Origin: Amoebidium appalachense
Taxonomy: Eukaryota; Protista; Ichthyosporea
DNA: 64,000 bases
Direction of reading: 5' to 3'
Assembly: GCA_963693365.1 (NCBI GenBank)
Contig: CAVNZM010000002.1
Location: 16,215,615 to 16,279,614, forward strand
How positions within the stretch are numbered: the stretch's first letter is position 1; each line of letters opens with the position of its first letter. Both the position numbers and the translations under genes were made by a program. Under the pieces are notes generated by a model. The model worked only from the letters and a program-made list of their open reading frames with translations. It did not search any database and was not told the DNA's origin. Shown here piece after piece: positions 47,813-62,582 of the stretch.

Positions 47813-47939
47813 ACACCACAACGAATTAATTGATCTGCTCATGTGGTTAGGCCCATGTACGTTCATGCGTGGGCACGGTGTGTTGGTAAAAAATAACGAT
47901 GCATGTCCTTGTGTTATGAGAGGTCACCCGCAAGTTGTG

Positions 47940-47993
47940 AATATATGCAAATATATGCAAATATATGACGTAAATATATGCAAATATATGCAA
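47940..47993. repeat. 10-bp minisatellite (AATATATGCA)
   Basis: About five degenerate tandem copies. Confidence 0.8.
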
Positions 47994-48275
47994 CTTGCGG
48001 GCGACTCCTTTATGCTGCACATATGTGTAAAAAAAAATTTTTTAATGTGTTTTTTCCTTCTTATTTTCTTTTCTTTTTTCTGCGATCGAGGGCATCACAA
48101 TCAGACAGGGCTAAGAATGGATATACAGTAAAGTTGCCATAGACACAACGAGATCCACGTATACCACGTGATATCGATGCATTTTTGTTTGACGATCCTA
48201 GGTCTTGTGCACAGTTGTTATAGAATCATAACGTAACTACATACGTTCTGCCCTCTTTCAGACGCAGTTCGATTA

Positions 48276-48307
<32 letters not shown>

Positions 48308-48646
48308 CCCCCCCCCCCCCCCCCCAAAAAAAAAAAAAAAAAAAAGAAAAGAAAGAAAGAAAGAAAAAAAGAAAACACACACACACAAAAAAAATCCACC
48401 CCCCACATAAGGCGAAAAACAGACATTGTTAAGGAAATACACCCACGTGACTCCTCAGATGTTCGTCGTTGCACTTTTGTTTGATTATTTTTCTTGATTA
48501 CGCTTGTTGCCATTCTATATGTACACTTGGCGGCACATATGTTCACCATGATCAAGCTTAGGCTTGCCACGATCATGCATGGCCTAGGGCAAAAGTGGTT
48601 TTTTTTTCTCTGTTACAAAGAGACAGAGGAGGGGGGGCAAAGGGGG

Positions 48647-48700
<54 letters not shown>

Positions 48701-48839
48701 CAAAAAGCAAAAAAAGCGCGCATGTTCTATTCATAAAAAGTACATGAAACAACAGCTAATATTAGCAAAGGAACCTCAACAGGGCGCCCCCTTTTGTACG
48801 ATCAATAGGTCAATGCTAGCCAGGCCCAAAACAATGATT

Positions 48840-48873
<34 letters not shown>

Positions 48874-48953
48874 AAAGAAAAAGGGAAATAATACAGGCCG
48901 GACGAACCAAAGGCAGCCACACACATTAATACCGGTTTTTCAAATCGGAAATC

Positions 48954-49272
48954 CTAAATGGCCATTGCCAGCCAGCCAAGAATTAGGAGGGTGCCGCCCA
49001 CAGGTGTAATAGGTCGGATCCGTGTGTCCTCTTTCAAAGCAATGTAGTAGCAGCTGTGAAATAACCAAGGGGTGAGTCGAAACCAAAGGCCCTCCTTCTA
49101 AGCAATACAAAGCGGCAGTGAAAGAAAGGAGAGGCAAGTAGGATACTCTGGTTCTCTTTCCAGAAATCCAGAGCAGATTTGAAATAGACGAGGAATAAGA
49201 GGGTTGTGGCATGAAAAGGGGGAGCCCAAAAGTGGTGGTGATGGAAGCGCCAGAAGCAACGGGGAGAGAGGT

Positions 49273-49316
<44 letters not shown>

Positions 49317-49476
49317 CAAGATTGCAGGATTTAAGGTACTGGTGCAGAATTTGAAGTCCTGTGCTCTGCAGCTCCAAGTCTTTGCATGTATCTCAAGGGC
49401 AGGGAGTGGGTGGACAGGTGAGAGGGTGAGCCGGTTTATGTATTAGTGTGTGTGTGTGTGTGTGCGTGTATGTGTG

Positions 49477-49533
<57 letters not shown>

Positions 49534-50048
49534 GGGGGAGGGGGAGGGGGGAGGGGGGGTAATGGGGAGAGATCCTCAAGTCCATCGGAGGCTCACACAG
49601 TGTGTACGGTTCTGAGGGCAGAGAAGGCCAAGAGTGGGGAGGGAGGAAAGCCACAAGAGCGGGCAGGGCATATCACTAGATACGATTTCAATGGAATAGC
49701 GGGACAGAGGGGCACAAACAAAAATAAAAGGGGTCACTTTGCACACGGAGAAAAAATAAACAAACACCCACATCTGAGACATACAACCATGCGGAGACCT
49801 TGAAAATTTCAAAAGAGGGAAGCAGATGCATGCGTGTTTGTGTGTCGGTGGTACTGGAGGGCGGGGGGAAGGGGGGGGGGGGGGGGGGGGGGAGGAGAGG
49901 GAGGGAGGGAGGGCGGGTAAGGGGAGGGAGGGAGGGGGGGGGGGGGGGGGGATCCAATTGAATAATACCAGAGTATCCTGCAGATGCAACCATTCCATAG
50001 GGATGCTTCCACGCCCCACATCTTCCCCCCTACATCTGCATCTCCCCA

Positions 50049-50081
<33 letters not shown>

Positions 50082-51019
50082 TTGTCTGTGTGTGTGTGCG
50101 TGTGCAGTGTCTGCGTACAATTGTGTGATCACATTATATACTTGTTTTTGTATATCATTTGGCCTTTATGTGCGTGGATGTCGCTGTCCAAAAATGGAGT
50201 GTTGCTGAGGGACTTGTGTCATCCCGCGGGGAGGGGGGGGGGAGGGGGGAGGGAACCAACCTGCCAGAGAAAATAAAGGTTCCTGCTGTGAACAATGCCC
50301 CAGCCTGTGAAGTGGAAATTAATGTCAGAGACAACCATAAGGTCAGGTGATTGGTGGGCATGTTTGCAAATAAGAATGATAACAACTACAGTCATATCGA
50401 TAACGACGTAGTTAGAAAGGAGCTGCGAGAGGGTAGCAATGTAGAATTCCAACTACAATCGCTCCTTTTCAATGCCACCACATGACACACACGTGCAATA
50501 CCCGGGTAGTTCACGGACACCAATCTATTATCCATCAACTGTCTTCTAGTCTTGCTACATACTCGCCATAGGTCCACATCTGTCCAACAGCTGAGTACAG
50601 ACCATTCCCTACTGCATCCTAACCCCCCAACCCCCCCCCCCCCCCTTTCCCCTCCTCTTTACCAATCCATACCTCCCCCTGCTCCGTATCCTCCCACCTA
50701 CACCCTGTTTCCCACGAGGGTGGCACAAAGGCTATACAAAGAAAAGTGGAGGGAAAGGGGGGGGGGGGGGGGAGGGGGGGGGGGGGGGGGGGAAGGGGGG
50801 GTGGGAGGAAGGGGGGGACATTCGGAGGTGGAGAGAGTTCAATGTAGTTGCCGAATGTTTATCTTTTTGGGGTTGCCTGTGTGCATGACAGTCCATGTGT
50901 GCTTATTTCATATTTTTTATTTTTCAATTATTATTTTTTTTTTCGTTGGAAAAGGGGGGGGGGGGGGGGGGGGGAGGGGGGACACTGGGTGTGTTTAGGC
51001 ACGGTGTGTGTGTTAATGT

Positions 51020-51050
<31 letters not shown>

Positions 51051-51216
51051 GGGGGGGGGAGGGGAGGAGGAGGGGGGGGGGGGGGGGGGGTGTGGGTGCA
51101 CCTGTGTGCATATGTGAGTGCGTGGGTTCGTGCATGAATAAATGGGCAAAGTCGTGCCCAAATTTTTGCGGCATAGTGTGATCTTTGCATTCTGAGGTAT
51201 TGGCGTTGGCACTACC

Positions 51217-51257
<41 letters not shown>

Positions 51258-52994
51258 TGTGTGTGTTGCATGGCACAGTGTATATACTTGCATATCAAGC
51301 AAAAGGCCCCCCCATTTCAAGTGTGCAAGTGTCGGAATTCTATTCCTCAAATGGGGCTTTTTTCTTTTCTTTTCTTTTTCTTTTTTCCTTTTCTTTTTCG
51401 GAAGGGGGGGGGGAAGGTGGGAGGAGAGAGAGGGGGAGGGTACACGTACCACAACAGGGCGGCGGCCAAGGGGACAAAGAAGAAGAGCAATGGTGTGGAA
51501 GAAGTGGAAGCGATTGCCCACTTGGTATGTCTGTGTGTGAGTGTACGTGTGTACGTGTGTACGTGTGTGTGTGTGTTTATCAGTAAACACTCAAGTGCAT
51601 CGTCTATTGCTGCCATACTGTCTGTTGGAGGTGTACATGGAGCGAAGGTGGACTCGGAGAAGGCACCGAGAGGGGAAGTGGTTGGTGGGGGCAAGGCAAT
51701 GTAACAGGATAGAGAGAAGAGACTGGGGGTTTAGCAGCTCCAAGGAGAATGGATGGATGGTAGAAAGAGAGGGAGGCCTGGAAGAGAAAGGGGAAGAGGG
51801 GGAAGGGGACAAGGGGGGGGGGGGGGGCTTACATGTGCCAGCTTGGGGTCGGACGCCTTAAGACCTGCATGGACATGATCATCACAACCATTGGGGAAGA
51901 AAAAAGCACCTAAGTGGCCCAGCCCCCCCCCCCCCCCCCCCCCCCCTCCCCCCCCCAAACACATACACACAGCATCACTACAAAATAACGGCACTGCGTT
52001 ATCAGCTCAAGAGTTTGAAGTCATTCGATTCAATTGGGCTCCATAACACCAGGCCTAAGGTTCAGAACAAAGCTGAAACAAGGTAATCGTCGTGACCCCC
52101 CCCCCCCCCCCCCCCCCCCCACACCCTTCCTCCTCTTGCACAATATCCCTTAATTACCTATCCAACCGGTAAATATATCCACATCCACATTGATATGTAC
52201 ACACCTGCGTGTGCGTGCATGCACCCGAAAACATTCACTCACAGAGCGTGCGCACGCACACACATTCTTACAACCACACACGCAGACAGACAGACACAGG
52301 CTCATGTAAAATGACGCACATACACAAGCGCGAACACACGGCACAACGACACACACAGCCACAATTACGTTTGAATACAGCTCGCAATGCTCACCTAATA
52401 GTTAATGCCAACAGGAAGAGTAAAAAAAAAAAAGGAGGGGGGGAAGGGGGGAAGGGGGCACACACGCACACACACACATCAAAAAAGACGGCCATTTTTT
52501 AGAGCATACTTATGCCAAACGGCCTTTAACCCATGACATGTGCATCCACCCCCCCCCCCCCCCCCCCCCCTCCCCCCTCCCCTTCGGGCACACACCACAT
52601 GACCATCACTACACCACTTAAGCGACCACTCAAGCCAACCACCTCTAAACCTCTCTATTTATCCCTAAATGACTTGTAGAAAAGAACAGAGTGGTAGGCT
52701 GAAGGAATTATCGAGGATACGTGTTGTGTGTTAACTAATACAAACCCCTACACCGGATGTTACACTTAGGTGTCTTCCGTCCCGGCCCCCTGCTTTTTCT
52801 TTCGAGCTTTCCAGCACATTTTATACCATTACCCTCCGATTAGACAAAATCAATTATCATCTTGGCTCGTATTACTAAATACTGGAGGTAGAAAAGAAGA
52901 AAGAACACACAAACCGAAAGTCCCTACCGTGCTCTCCGTAGGCACCAAGGCCCACTGCAAGGGCACCGGAAACACCGGCCACTCTCTGCAGCAT
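48954..52994 (-). CDS. TMEM256: Transmembrane protein 256 homologue (DUF423)
   Basis: Exons 52994-52928, 51864-51833, 51530-51450, 50304-50261, 49053-48954 give MLQRVAGVSGALAVGLGAYGEHGLKASDPKLAHTYQVGNRFHFFHTIALLLCPLGRRPVVAGALFTAGTFIFSGSCYYIALKEDTRIRPITPVGGTLLILGWLAMAI*. An acceptor at 53013 implies a further upstream exon. Confidence 0.93.
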
Positions 52995-53192
52995 TTGGCT
53001 GGCAACGGACAGCTGTGGGGGTAGTGTGTGTGTGTGTGAGTGTGTGTGTGTGTTCGTGCTTTCTTGTGTGCGCGTGTGCACGATGTGTGCAAGATGTATA
53101 TTTGTATGTAGGTGTCCGTATGTTCGTGTATTTGAAAGGGGAGAATGTGTGTGTGTGTGTGAGTGAGTGTGAGAAGACAGACAGGGGGCTCT

Positions 53193-53864
<672 letters not shown>

Positions 53865-53866
53865 AA

Positions 53867-53905
<39 letters not shown>

Positions 53906-54792
53906 CGTGGCCGGCTGTTATAGTTGCTTGTGCATGTATGCATTCGTTAGTGCAATGCTTGACCGCAAGTGTGTTGATGTCTTTATGTACCCATGCCTGG
54001 TTTTTTGAGGGCTTGCAGTGATTGCACGTGTGTGGTTGAGAAATAGATGCGTTACACATGTGGAATGACTACCCCAAACCTAATAGAGCAACGTCACAAC
54101 ATGTTTTTTTTTTGTTGGAAAAGCGTGATTGCGAAGTCCAAAAAGAGAGCACAATAACACGACGCTGTGTGACGGAAAGAGGGACTTGAACAGAACTTGC
54201 TTCAAGGATGTGCGGTGTGCAGAGTTTAAATGTGCAGCTTTTTACCTGAGAAAAAAGCGCCATTTTTTCATGCGCAGAATCAGGGCTGATGTTACTCGCC
54301 TATGGGCGGAAGAAAGGGGTGTGGTTGGAGGATGGCCCGGCCGCCCAAGGAGGGGTCCGGCCCGGGACTCCTGGCCGAGTCCTGTGGCCAACATTCGAAT
54401 TTTGGCGCGGTGCAACTGCCAATCTAGAACAAAATAAATTTGTGAGAAGCGTCCAATCACACCTTCAATAAATAAGAGCATTAATTATTGATTGGTTGTA
54501 AGTTCTCGCGCAATTTGCAAAAACACATGCATTGAAAAGAAAGTGGCACACTGGACAGTCTCAAGACTCTGCACTTACACAAGAAAAACGTTTTCCTTCT
54601 TGCCATAACGAACTAAGCAAATATACAAGGAGGCGTAGTTATTTCTCTCCCTATCAATTAAATTAGGGGTTGCCTTTCTTCCTCCAAATATAAGTGCTAT
54701 TGCTTGTTGTTCTTTCTTGAGATTTACGCTCTCTGCCTTCACACACATCAGCACAAACCACCGAACACACGAGTGGAGAACATTCAGGCAAG

Positions 54793-57418
54793 ATGGGTAA
54801 GCGTGACCGTGGGGACGAAGACGTGAACAAGGACAACTACGAGCAGCAGGACGACGATGATGAACCTGCCCTCCCGCAACGTGCAGACGCGAGCAGGCTC
54901 GCCACCCGGAAGATTGCCGTTGCTAAGCGCAGCAGGGGGGCTGGTGGGGCAGGGACACCCTACGGAGCAAAACCAGACAAGCCTTCGGACACAGGGTTTG
55001 GTGGCTTTGGGGGTCTAGGTTCCACGCCGGCGTCAGCATCAAAGCCCTCTTTTGGTGGATTTTCTGGCTTCGGGGCACCGAAAGAGGCAGCAACACCTGC
55101 ACCTGCACCAGCTTTTGGTGGGTTCAAGGGGTTTGGAGCAACACCTGCCCCTCCCACGAGCGAGACGGATAAAGAAACGACACCGGCACAGGCAGCTTTT
55201 GGTGGGTTCAAGGGCTTTGGAACAACCCCCACCCCTGCTGCGAGCGAGACGGAGAAAGAAACACCGGCATCGAAGGCCTTTGGGGGTTTTGCTGGCTTCA
55301 ACACTGCAGCTCCAAGCGCCCCATCGACAGCAACCAAAGAAACAAACCCACCAGTCTTGCCCGGGTTTCAGGCACCAACCCCGAAAGCCACACCTGCGCC
55401 AACAGGGTTCACTGGGTTCAACCCAACACCCAAGCCCACAGAGAAGGAGCAGGAGAAGCCAACAATAGCCGTTTGCACTTTCGGTTTGAAACCCACAGAA
55501 ACACCAGCAAAGACACACACGGAGCCCAGTACGAAAACGAAGAAACCCGCTGCCGCGTTTCCCCAAGCGGCCACACCGTTTTCCTTTGGCATGGCCTCAC
55601 AGCCAGCCGGGGAAAAGCCCAGCACAGAAATGAAGAAGCCTGCCGATGTGGATTCGCAGGCAGGGGCCAAGCCGTTTGTGTTTGGCACGGCCCCACAGCC
55701 AGCCGGTGATGCCCCCAAGGCCAACCCGTTTGCTGTGAACGCTGCAGCCACCAAGCCAGCAGACAAGGAGCCCACCCCTACGGTCACTGCGTTTGGGGCC
55801 AAGCCACCAGCAGCAGCCCCTGCGCCGGCCAAAGACAAGCCCAGCCCCATGGACCAGGACAGGGAGGCCGCCAAGGCCCCAGCCAAGCAGCCCGAGTACC
55901 AGCCCCTCACCAGCGGCGCCGCCTTCAGCTCCCTCCCCCCCGTGTCTTCCTTCGGCTCAGCCCCGAAACAACCGTCCACTGCCACCACCGTTGCCCCGAT
56001 GTCCGCCGTTGCACCCGCGGCTGGGGCTGGGTTTGCAGCGCCTGCCCCCCCCCAATGCGTGGATGGCAACTTACCAGGCGGAGATGACCAACCTCAACCG
56101 GCAGCTGCTGCAGTATGCCGAGCAGTGGACGTCCCAGCAGACCTACTCGGACCTGTCTGCCGGCCTGCAGACCTATCTGGTCCAGCGGGAGCGCATCATT
56201 GCCTGCTGCAGGGTAGAGGCCACCGCCGCCTTCCAGCCCGTGGCTGCCCCCACCCAGCCACCCCAGCCAGTCACCGCACCCACGCCCCCAGCACCTACCC
56301 CTGCCCCTGCCACCACCCAACCGGCCTTTGCACCGCCTGCAGTTGAGCCACCCAAACAGGCTCCACCCCCAGCTGCCCCCACCCAGCCAGCGCCCACCGC
56401 ACCCACCACCTTCCAGTTTGGGGTTTCTGCCCCCAAGCCAGCACCAGAGGCCCCCCCAGCAAAGGCCCCGGAGCCACCCAAGGCTGACTCGGCCCCGGCA
56501 CCCACCACCACCGGCTCTGCCTTCAAGTTTGGAGTCACGGCACCGGCATTCACAGCCCCGCCCGGAACATCCATGCCCCCCAAGCCCTTCACGTTTGGCA
56601 ACGGCACCCCGCCCCGTGTCGACTCACCGGTAGCCAAGGACACCACAGACACCTCGTCACCCAAAGCACCCGTGTCGTCGGCGTTTGGAGGCAGCAAGCC
56701 CACGTTTGCGTTCGGCACCGGGGCAGCACCGCCGGCCAGCAAGCCCTTCACGTTTGGGCCGGCAGCAACAGCAACTGAGGGCACCCCCAAGGTGCCTGCC
56801 TTCTCTTTTGGCCAGGCAGCCACCCCTGCAACGGCACCAGCACAGGCTACGGGCGGCTTCACGGGGTTTGCTGGGCTCAAGGGAGGGCCTGCAAGTGGTG
56901 CACCGGGTGGTGGGTTCTCGTTTGGTGCCCCGGCTGGAAATCGGTTTGCAGCACTAGCAAGCAAGGGGGATGAAGAGGGAGAGGGGGAGGACGGGGAGGA
57001 TGATGAGGAGGAAGAGGAGGAGGAGGAGGAGAAGGAGAGGGAGAAGGCAGGGGAGGAGGACGAGGAGAACCTGTATGCATCACGGGCCAAGGTCTACGAG
57101 CACAGCAAGCAGTCCAAGGGCTGGAAGGAACTGGGCATTGGTGAGCTGCGCATCAACAAGTATGTGCAAGGGGACAAAGTCGGCAAGTATCGTGTCATCT
57201 GCAGGCCCGATTCGGCGGCGGGGTTGCTCCTCCTTAACACGTTCCTGTCGGCAACGAGCAAGCCGCATCGGTCGGGCAAGAACGGGGTGGTTGTGTTGGT
57301 ACCTAAGGTGGAGGATGGGAAGACGGTGCTGGTGACCACACTGATAAAGGTCAAGACGGCAGAGGAGGCCGATACGATGGCGGGGGTGCTGGATGAGGCT
57401 ATGAGGGCCCTGGCATAG
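54793..57418 (+). CDS. NUP50: Nucleoporin Nup50/Nup2 homologue; single exon, frameshift in a C9 run at 56045-56053
   Basis: N-terminal NUP50 motif MGKR..VNKDNYEQQDDDDE..RADASRLATRKIAVAKR; FGGF/FxFG repeats; conserved middle helix YQAEMTNLNRQLLQY..DLSAGLQTY; C-terminal Ran-binding domain EEDEENLYASRAKVY..WKELGIGELRI..RVICR. Split between ORFs 54793.. and 55793... Confidence 0.92.
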
Positions 57419-58086
57419 TGGCGTGTGTGGTATGTGCGGTATGTGTAAAATGTGGGGGTGATAGGTCGGTGTGTTGCTATGGCTATGTGGTGGGTGTGTG
57501 CTGCTTGTAGGGTTGATGGGAAGTGGGGGTTGTTGTGGGTTGAGGCTGGTCCTCTAGAAATGCGTGAATACGGTATGTGAGCACTTGTCTAGGGAGAGTG
57601 TACCAGTAGACGGATTATGATGTGGCTCTACACATAAACACACACACATTCTACACCACATATTGCCCTAGCATGTTTCAACGGCATACAGACAGATGAG
57701 TATGTAAGGACGTAATGTGTGTGGTATATTTTATCGGCTCATGAAATTGTTTGTAGTACAGCCTGGGATTATCACCGTGTGCGTGTGTGTGTGTGTTTTT
57801 TTTTTGGGGGGGGGGGGGGGGGCTCCGTTATCACCGATTCGCCTGAAATTTGGAGGCTTAAACATGCACAGACTGTGACGTCAGCTACTATTGCATAGGT
57901 TTAGGCATGTATTTGGGTAACATCCAAGCATTCACACTCTTTCATTCGATGACAGTAAATGATTGCCCGTAAAGACAGCACTTCAAAGTATCATGTTACT
58001 TACCCCCCCCCGGCCCCCCTCTCTCTCTCACACACACATGCGCGCGCACACGAAGTTTCTCAAATATCAGCATCACGATCACCACA

Positions 58087-58146
<60 letters not shown>

Positions 58147-58226
58147 CGCAAACACACACACACACACACAACCATCAAGAGTTGGTACTGGTATGTATAC
58201 GTTGGCCGGAAGGCAGTAACTTGAAT

Positions 58227-58257
<31 letters not shown>

Positions 58258-58857
58258 ACCACCCACCCACCCACACCGGTACCCCACAACACACACACAC
58301 ACACACAATGTGACGGGGACCACCACCGCCACCACGTGCACCATCGACAAAATCAAACGAACACCTGCATGCGCACACTTTGCTGTGACGACAACATGAC
58401 AACATGCATGCACACGTGCTTGTGCATTTCTGTTTTTGATGCATCGATGGAGTTGGGGGGGAGGGGGCGGGGGGGGGGGGGGGGGGAACTGGGCCGGTGA
58501 TTGTTGGGGGGGGGGGGGGGGGAGGGGGGAGCATTTTTAGAGCAACAGTGCCACGTGCATATGCCGCTTAAGCGTATATACGAAGAATGCAGCCAGTTGA
58601 TGCGCAACCATGCATCGGGCCAATCACCATTCATGTGCACATGCATGTGTTTGGCCTCAGCCCATGGCCAATATGCATGCCCACCCACCAGCAGCATGCA
58701 GCATATGCATTCACTACGGGATCTCCAGGGGGCACGGAGGTTTCATATTTTTTATTGGTCGATATAAATAGATGCCATAGCATATGGCAACGACGTGCAA
58801 ATTTAAGCACACGTGCGCACACACAAAAGTCAAGTGGCACCAGCTGATTAGTTTCTC

Positions 58858-58895
<38 letters not shown>

Positions 58896-59449
58896 ATCCC
58901 TCTCTCCCCCTCTAGGCTCGGGCTCGGTACACGGCATGAAATTTCAATACGCTCATGATGCAGATACCCAAACACAAACACACCGACGAAGATACTGGCA
59001 TGACAACATTGACTCATGCAGATCCCAAAACTGATAAGCACATACTCTAACAAATTCACTGCCAGCCATGCAAACCCTCCATTGCTATATCTGCTGGGCA
59101 ACTACAGCTGCTTGTGGTGTTGACAAACACCCACCGATACTAAATAGGACAATTGAACAAAAACGTGGCAAAACCATGCATTACAACTAAGCCGACGCAC
59201 CAACATAGCACATGAACACAACAATACCCCCCTCCTCCTCCCCCCCCCCCCCCCCCCTCCCCCCCCCCCCCCCCCCCCAAACACACACACACACACCACC
59301 ACCACCACCCAAACACACCCACCTACCCAATCACATACACTCTCCAATCCAAACTCTATTCCGACAATGAAACATCACTGGGAGCAGGAAAAAACCCAAA
59401 CAAAAACAGGGAACTGGGAGTAGGACATACTGCACACGACACACCCAGG

Positions 59450-59562
59450 CTATCTTCGACCGGTCCCTGGGGCCTGCATGGACATACAAGGGGTGATCAG
59501 CCATGATTCATGTGCACTATGTATACACATGTTTGTTTCCATGCACGTGTCCACGGGCACAA

Positions 59563-59608
<46 letters not shown>

Positions 59609-60207
59609 AGCGCGTGTGTGTGCGCACGCACGTGAGTGTGGTTGCGCACGTGCGTGAGTGTGGTTACGCACGTGTGTTTATGTGCGCGTGTATGCGCATG
59701 CGCACACACACACACACACACACTGTTGCGTGCGCTCGCGCACAGAGTGCACCAGTATGCGTGTGTGTATGCACCCGTGTATGTGTGCGGGGCAGATGTT
59801 TGTGAGGTGTATGCTCGTGTGTGCGCACACCTGTATGTGTTGTGTATGTACGCACACGCGAGGCTGTGTGCTAATGTGTGTACGTATGCATGTGCGTGGG
59901 CCTGTGCGTGAGCAGTGGGAGAGGGTGGAGGGAGAAGGGGGGGGGGGGAGGGGGGGGGGGGGGAGGGGGGGGGGTCAAGGGGTTCCGAACTTTGCAGCTA
60001 TTTATTGCACCCCCAAAAAACTAGCTGGTGTCGGGTGCCCGAGGACACGAGGGAGAGAATGTCTATCGTCAGAAACAATGGTTTGGCCATCTGGGCTTCT
60101 CTTCTTTTTCTTGGTTCTTTCCTTCTCTCTCTCTTTTTGGCGTGTGTGTGTGAATGCATGCGTGCGTGCGTGCGCATGTGCGTGTGTGGGTGTACATGTA
60201 AGTTTGA

Positions 60208-60243
<36 letters not shown>

Positions 60244-60531
60244 TGTGTGTGTGTGTGTGTGTGTGTGTGCGTGAGTGTGCCTGTGTGTGCATGTGTTGGG
60301 GTAGGGGGAGGGGGATTTGGCGGGGTGGGGGGAGAGAGGGGAGGGGGGGGGGCAAGGGGGTTGGGTGCACCTCTGGTTTTTTCCTGTTGTCTCTACATGC
60401 CGGACAGTACCATTTGCCTTTGGGTTTTTGCGTCAATCCCACACAGCCAAAGTGGAACCACTCCGTAGCGCACTGTGAAGGAGGGAGAAGAGGGGAGTGG
60501 AGGGGAGAGATTAACACCTTACACAGTGAGT

Positions 60532-60569
<38 letters not shown>

Positions 60570-62367
60570 TGATATATAACCGCCAATGCCAGACGCAATT
60601 TCATTCTGATGCATTATGCACGCCTACCTACCCAAAGAAACATGTAGGCATGCAGGTGCATTTAGACAGAAACACATGCGCATTACAAGGCGCTTGTGGG
60701 GGAGATAAAAAACGTGAAAACAAAGCCACACAAAGAGCACATAGGCACATTCGGAAAACTATTGTTGCCCGCATATATCCTGGGGCGCTTGCGTCATGAT
60801 ACATTGAACGAAAGAGTAAGATACCCCCCCCCCCCCCCCCCCCCCCCCCCGGCAGGGAAAAAAAAGGATCTTCGCGCACTCACATGCCGTAAGCAAGACT
60901 TTGAGAAGCAAACATTTGCACACTGGAAGAGCAAAACACAACCGAGGCAACAAACAAACATCATCACCAACAGGAAAAAAAGCAAAAAAAAATATATAAA
61001 AATAAAAACAAAAACAAAAACAAACAAAACAAAACAAAACAAAAAACACTAACGGTGCTTTGGCCATGTGAGAGCACCGGATACCACAACTCTGAGTGGG
61101 GTATTGGGAGGGGTCACTCACGTCTAGGTTGTCGCATGCAATCATCTCTCCGTGGGACACCTGCAACGAACCCAGTTACTATTGATTAAAAAACCCCGTA
61201 TGAGCCCCCCCCCCCGACGGGTGACCTACTCATGTTCAAGTGAAACAGTATCTGAGTTGGGTTTCGTTAACGAGGGGAATAGGTCGAAACTCGGGTACTG
61301 TGGATGACGTGGGCCCCCCCTGAGGATGGGCTCTGCTTATTATGCATACTCTTTATGTATGGCTTGCATTCTGCATCGTGTTATCCGTTTGTTCTTGTGT
61401 ACTTCGTACTTTTTGACGCATTCAAAACCCCCCCCCCCCCCCCCCCCCCCCCCCTTCCCCCCCCAAAACACACACACATGCATAAATACAAAACAAAAAA
61501 AAAAAAAAAAAAAGGAGGGAGAAAGAGAGAGAAAGAGGAAAGAAAAATGTCCATTATATATAGAGATGTGGAAAGGGAAAAGGAAGTCCTCGGTGGTGGG
61601 TCGGCTTATCTTCTTCTCTCTGTGTGTGCGTGTCTGTGCATGTTTTCCCCCTTTCCTCTCTTCCTTACTTGTTTTGTGTGGTGGTGGTGGGTGGGTGCGG
61701 GTTGTATTGCCACAAAGGAGGACGGAGGGGAATGGAGAAGGACGTTGTGGCAGACGATAAGGGCAGGGGTACGAATAGAAAAAATCGAGGATGCACATCC
61801 CAACAGATTTAGCCACATGGGAGTTTGGTCTAGTGGTATGATTCTCGTTTAGGGTACGAGAGGTCCCGGGTTCAATTCCCGGAACTCCCCAAGCCCTTTT
61901 GCCCCAATCTCATGCGCTGCTTTTTGCTACAAAGCAAGTCCCCCCCCCCCCCCCCCCCTACCCCCAAACACACGCATGTACACACACCAACCTCCTCCTC
62001 TTCTGCCCGCCAAAAGCACACAACCCCCCCCCCCCCCCCCCCCCCCCCCCCAACACACACACACACTCCCCCACATGTATTGTAGGAATGGGAACACAAG
62101 TAGATATACGTATGTTCACGATTTTGTTTTTGCGCGGGGTGGAATCTTGGGATACAATGTGATGGTTGTAGGCAAAAAGTGAATGTGTGTGTGTGTTTGG
62201 GGGGGGGGGGGGGGGGGGGGGGGAGGGGAGGAGAGGAGGAGGAGAAGGGGGGGGGGGGGGGGGGGGGGAGGGGGGGGGGGTTAATGGGAGGAATTCATAC
62301 ACAGTGGCAGATGCAGTAAGTGGGCTCGTTGGGATCCACAGGCATGTCCACCTCAATGTCCACCTTG

Positions 62368-62438
<71 letters not shown>

Positions 62439-62546
62439 TTTCTTTGTACTTTGCGCACAAGTGCTCACTTTCTCGGGTATCTTGCTTGGCTGAAAGAGTC
62501 CATGCTTAACTTGTGTATACCCACTATCCCGTGCGAAGCAAAAAAG

Positions 62547-62582
<36 letters not shown>

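Noticed and set aside
54960-57354. Long antisense ORFs over NUP50
   Set aside because: Shadow ORFs of GC-rich coding sequence.
61216-61340. SRP RNA or SECIS identity for the structured repeat
   Set aside because: No SRP helix-8 motif or Alu domain; no apical AA at SECIS spacing; copies are intronic and in either orientation.
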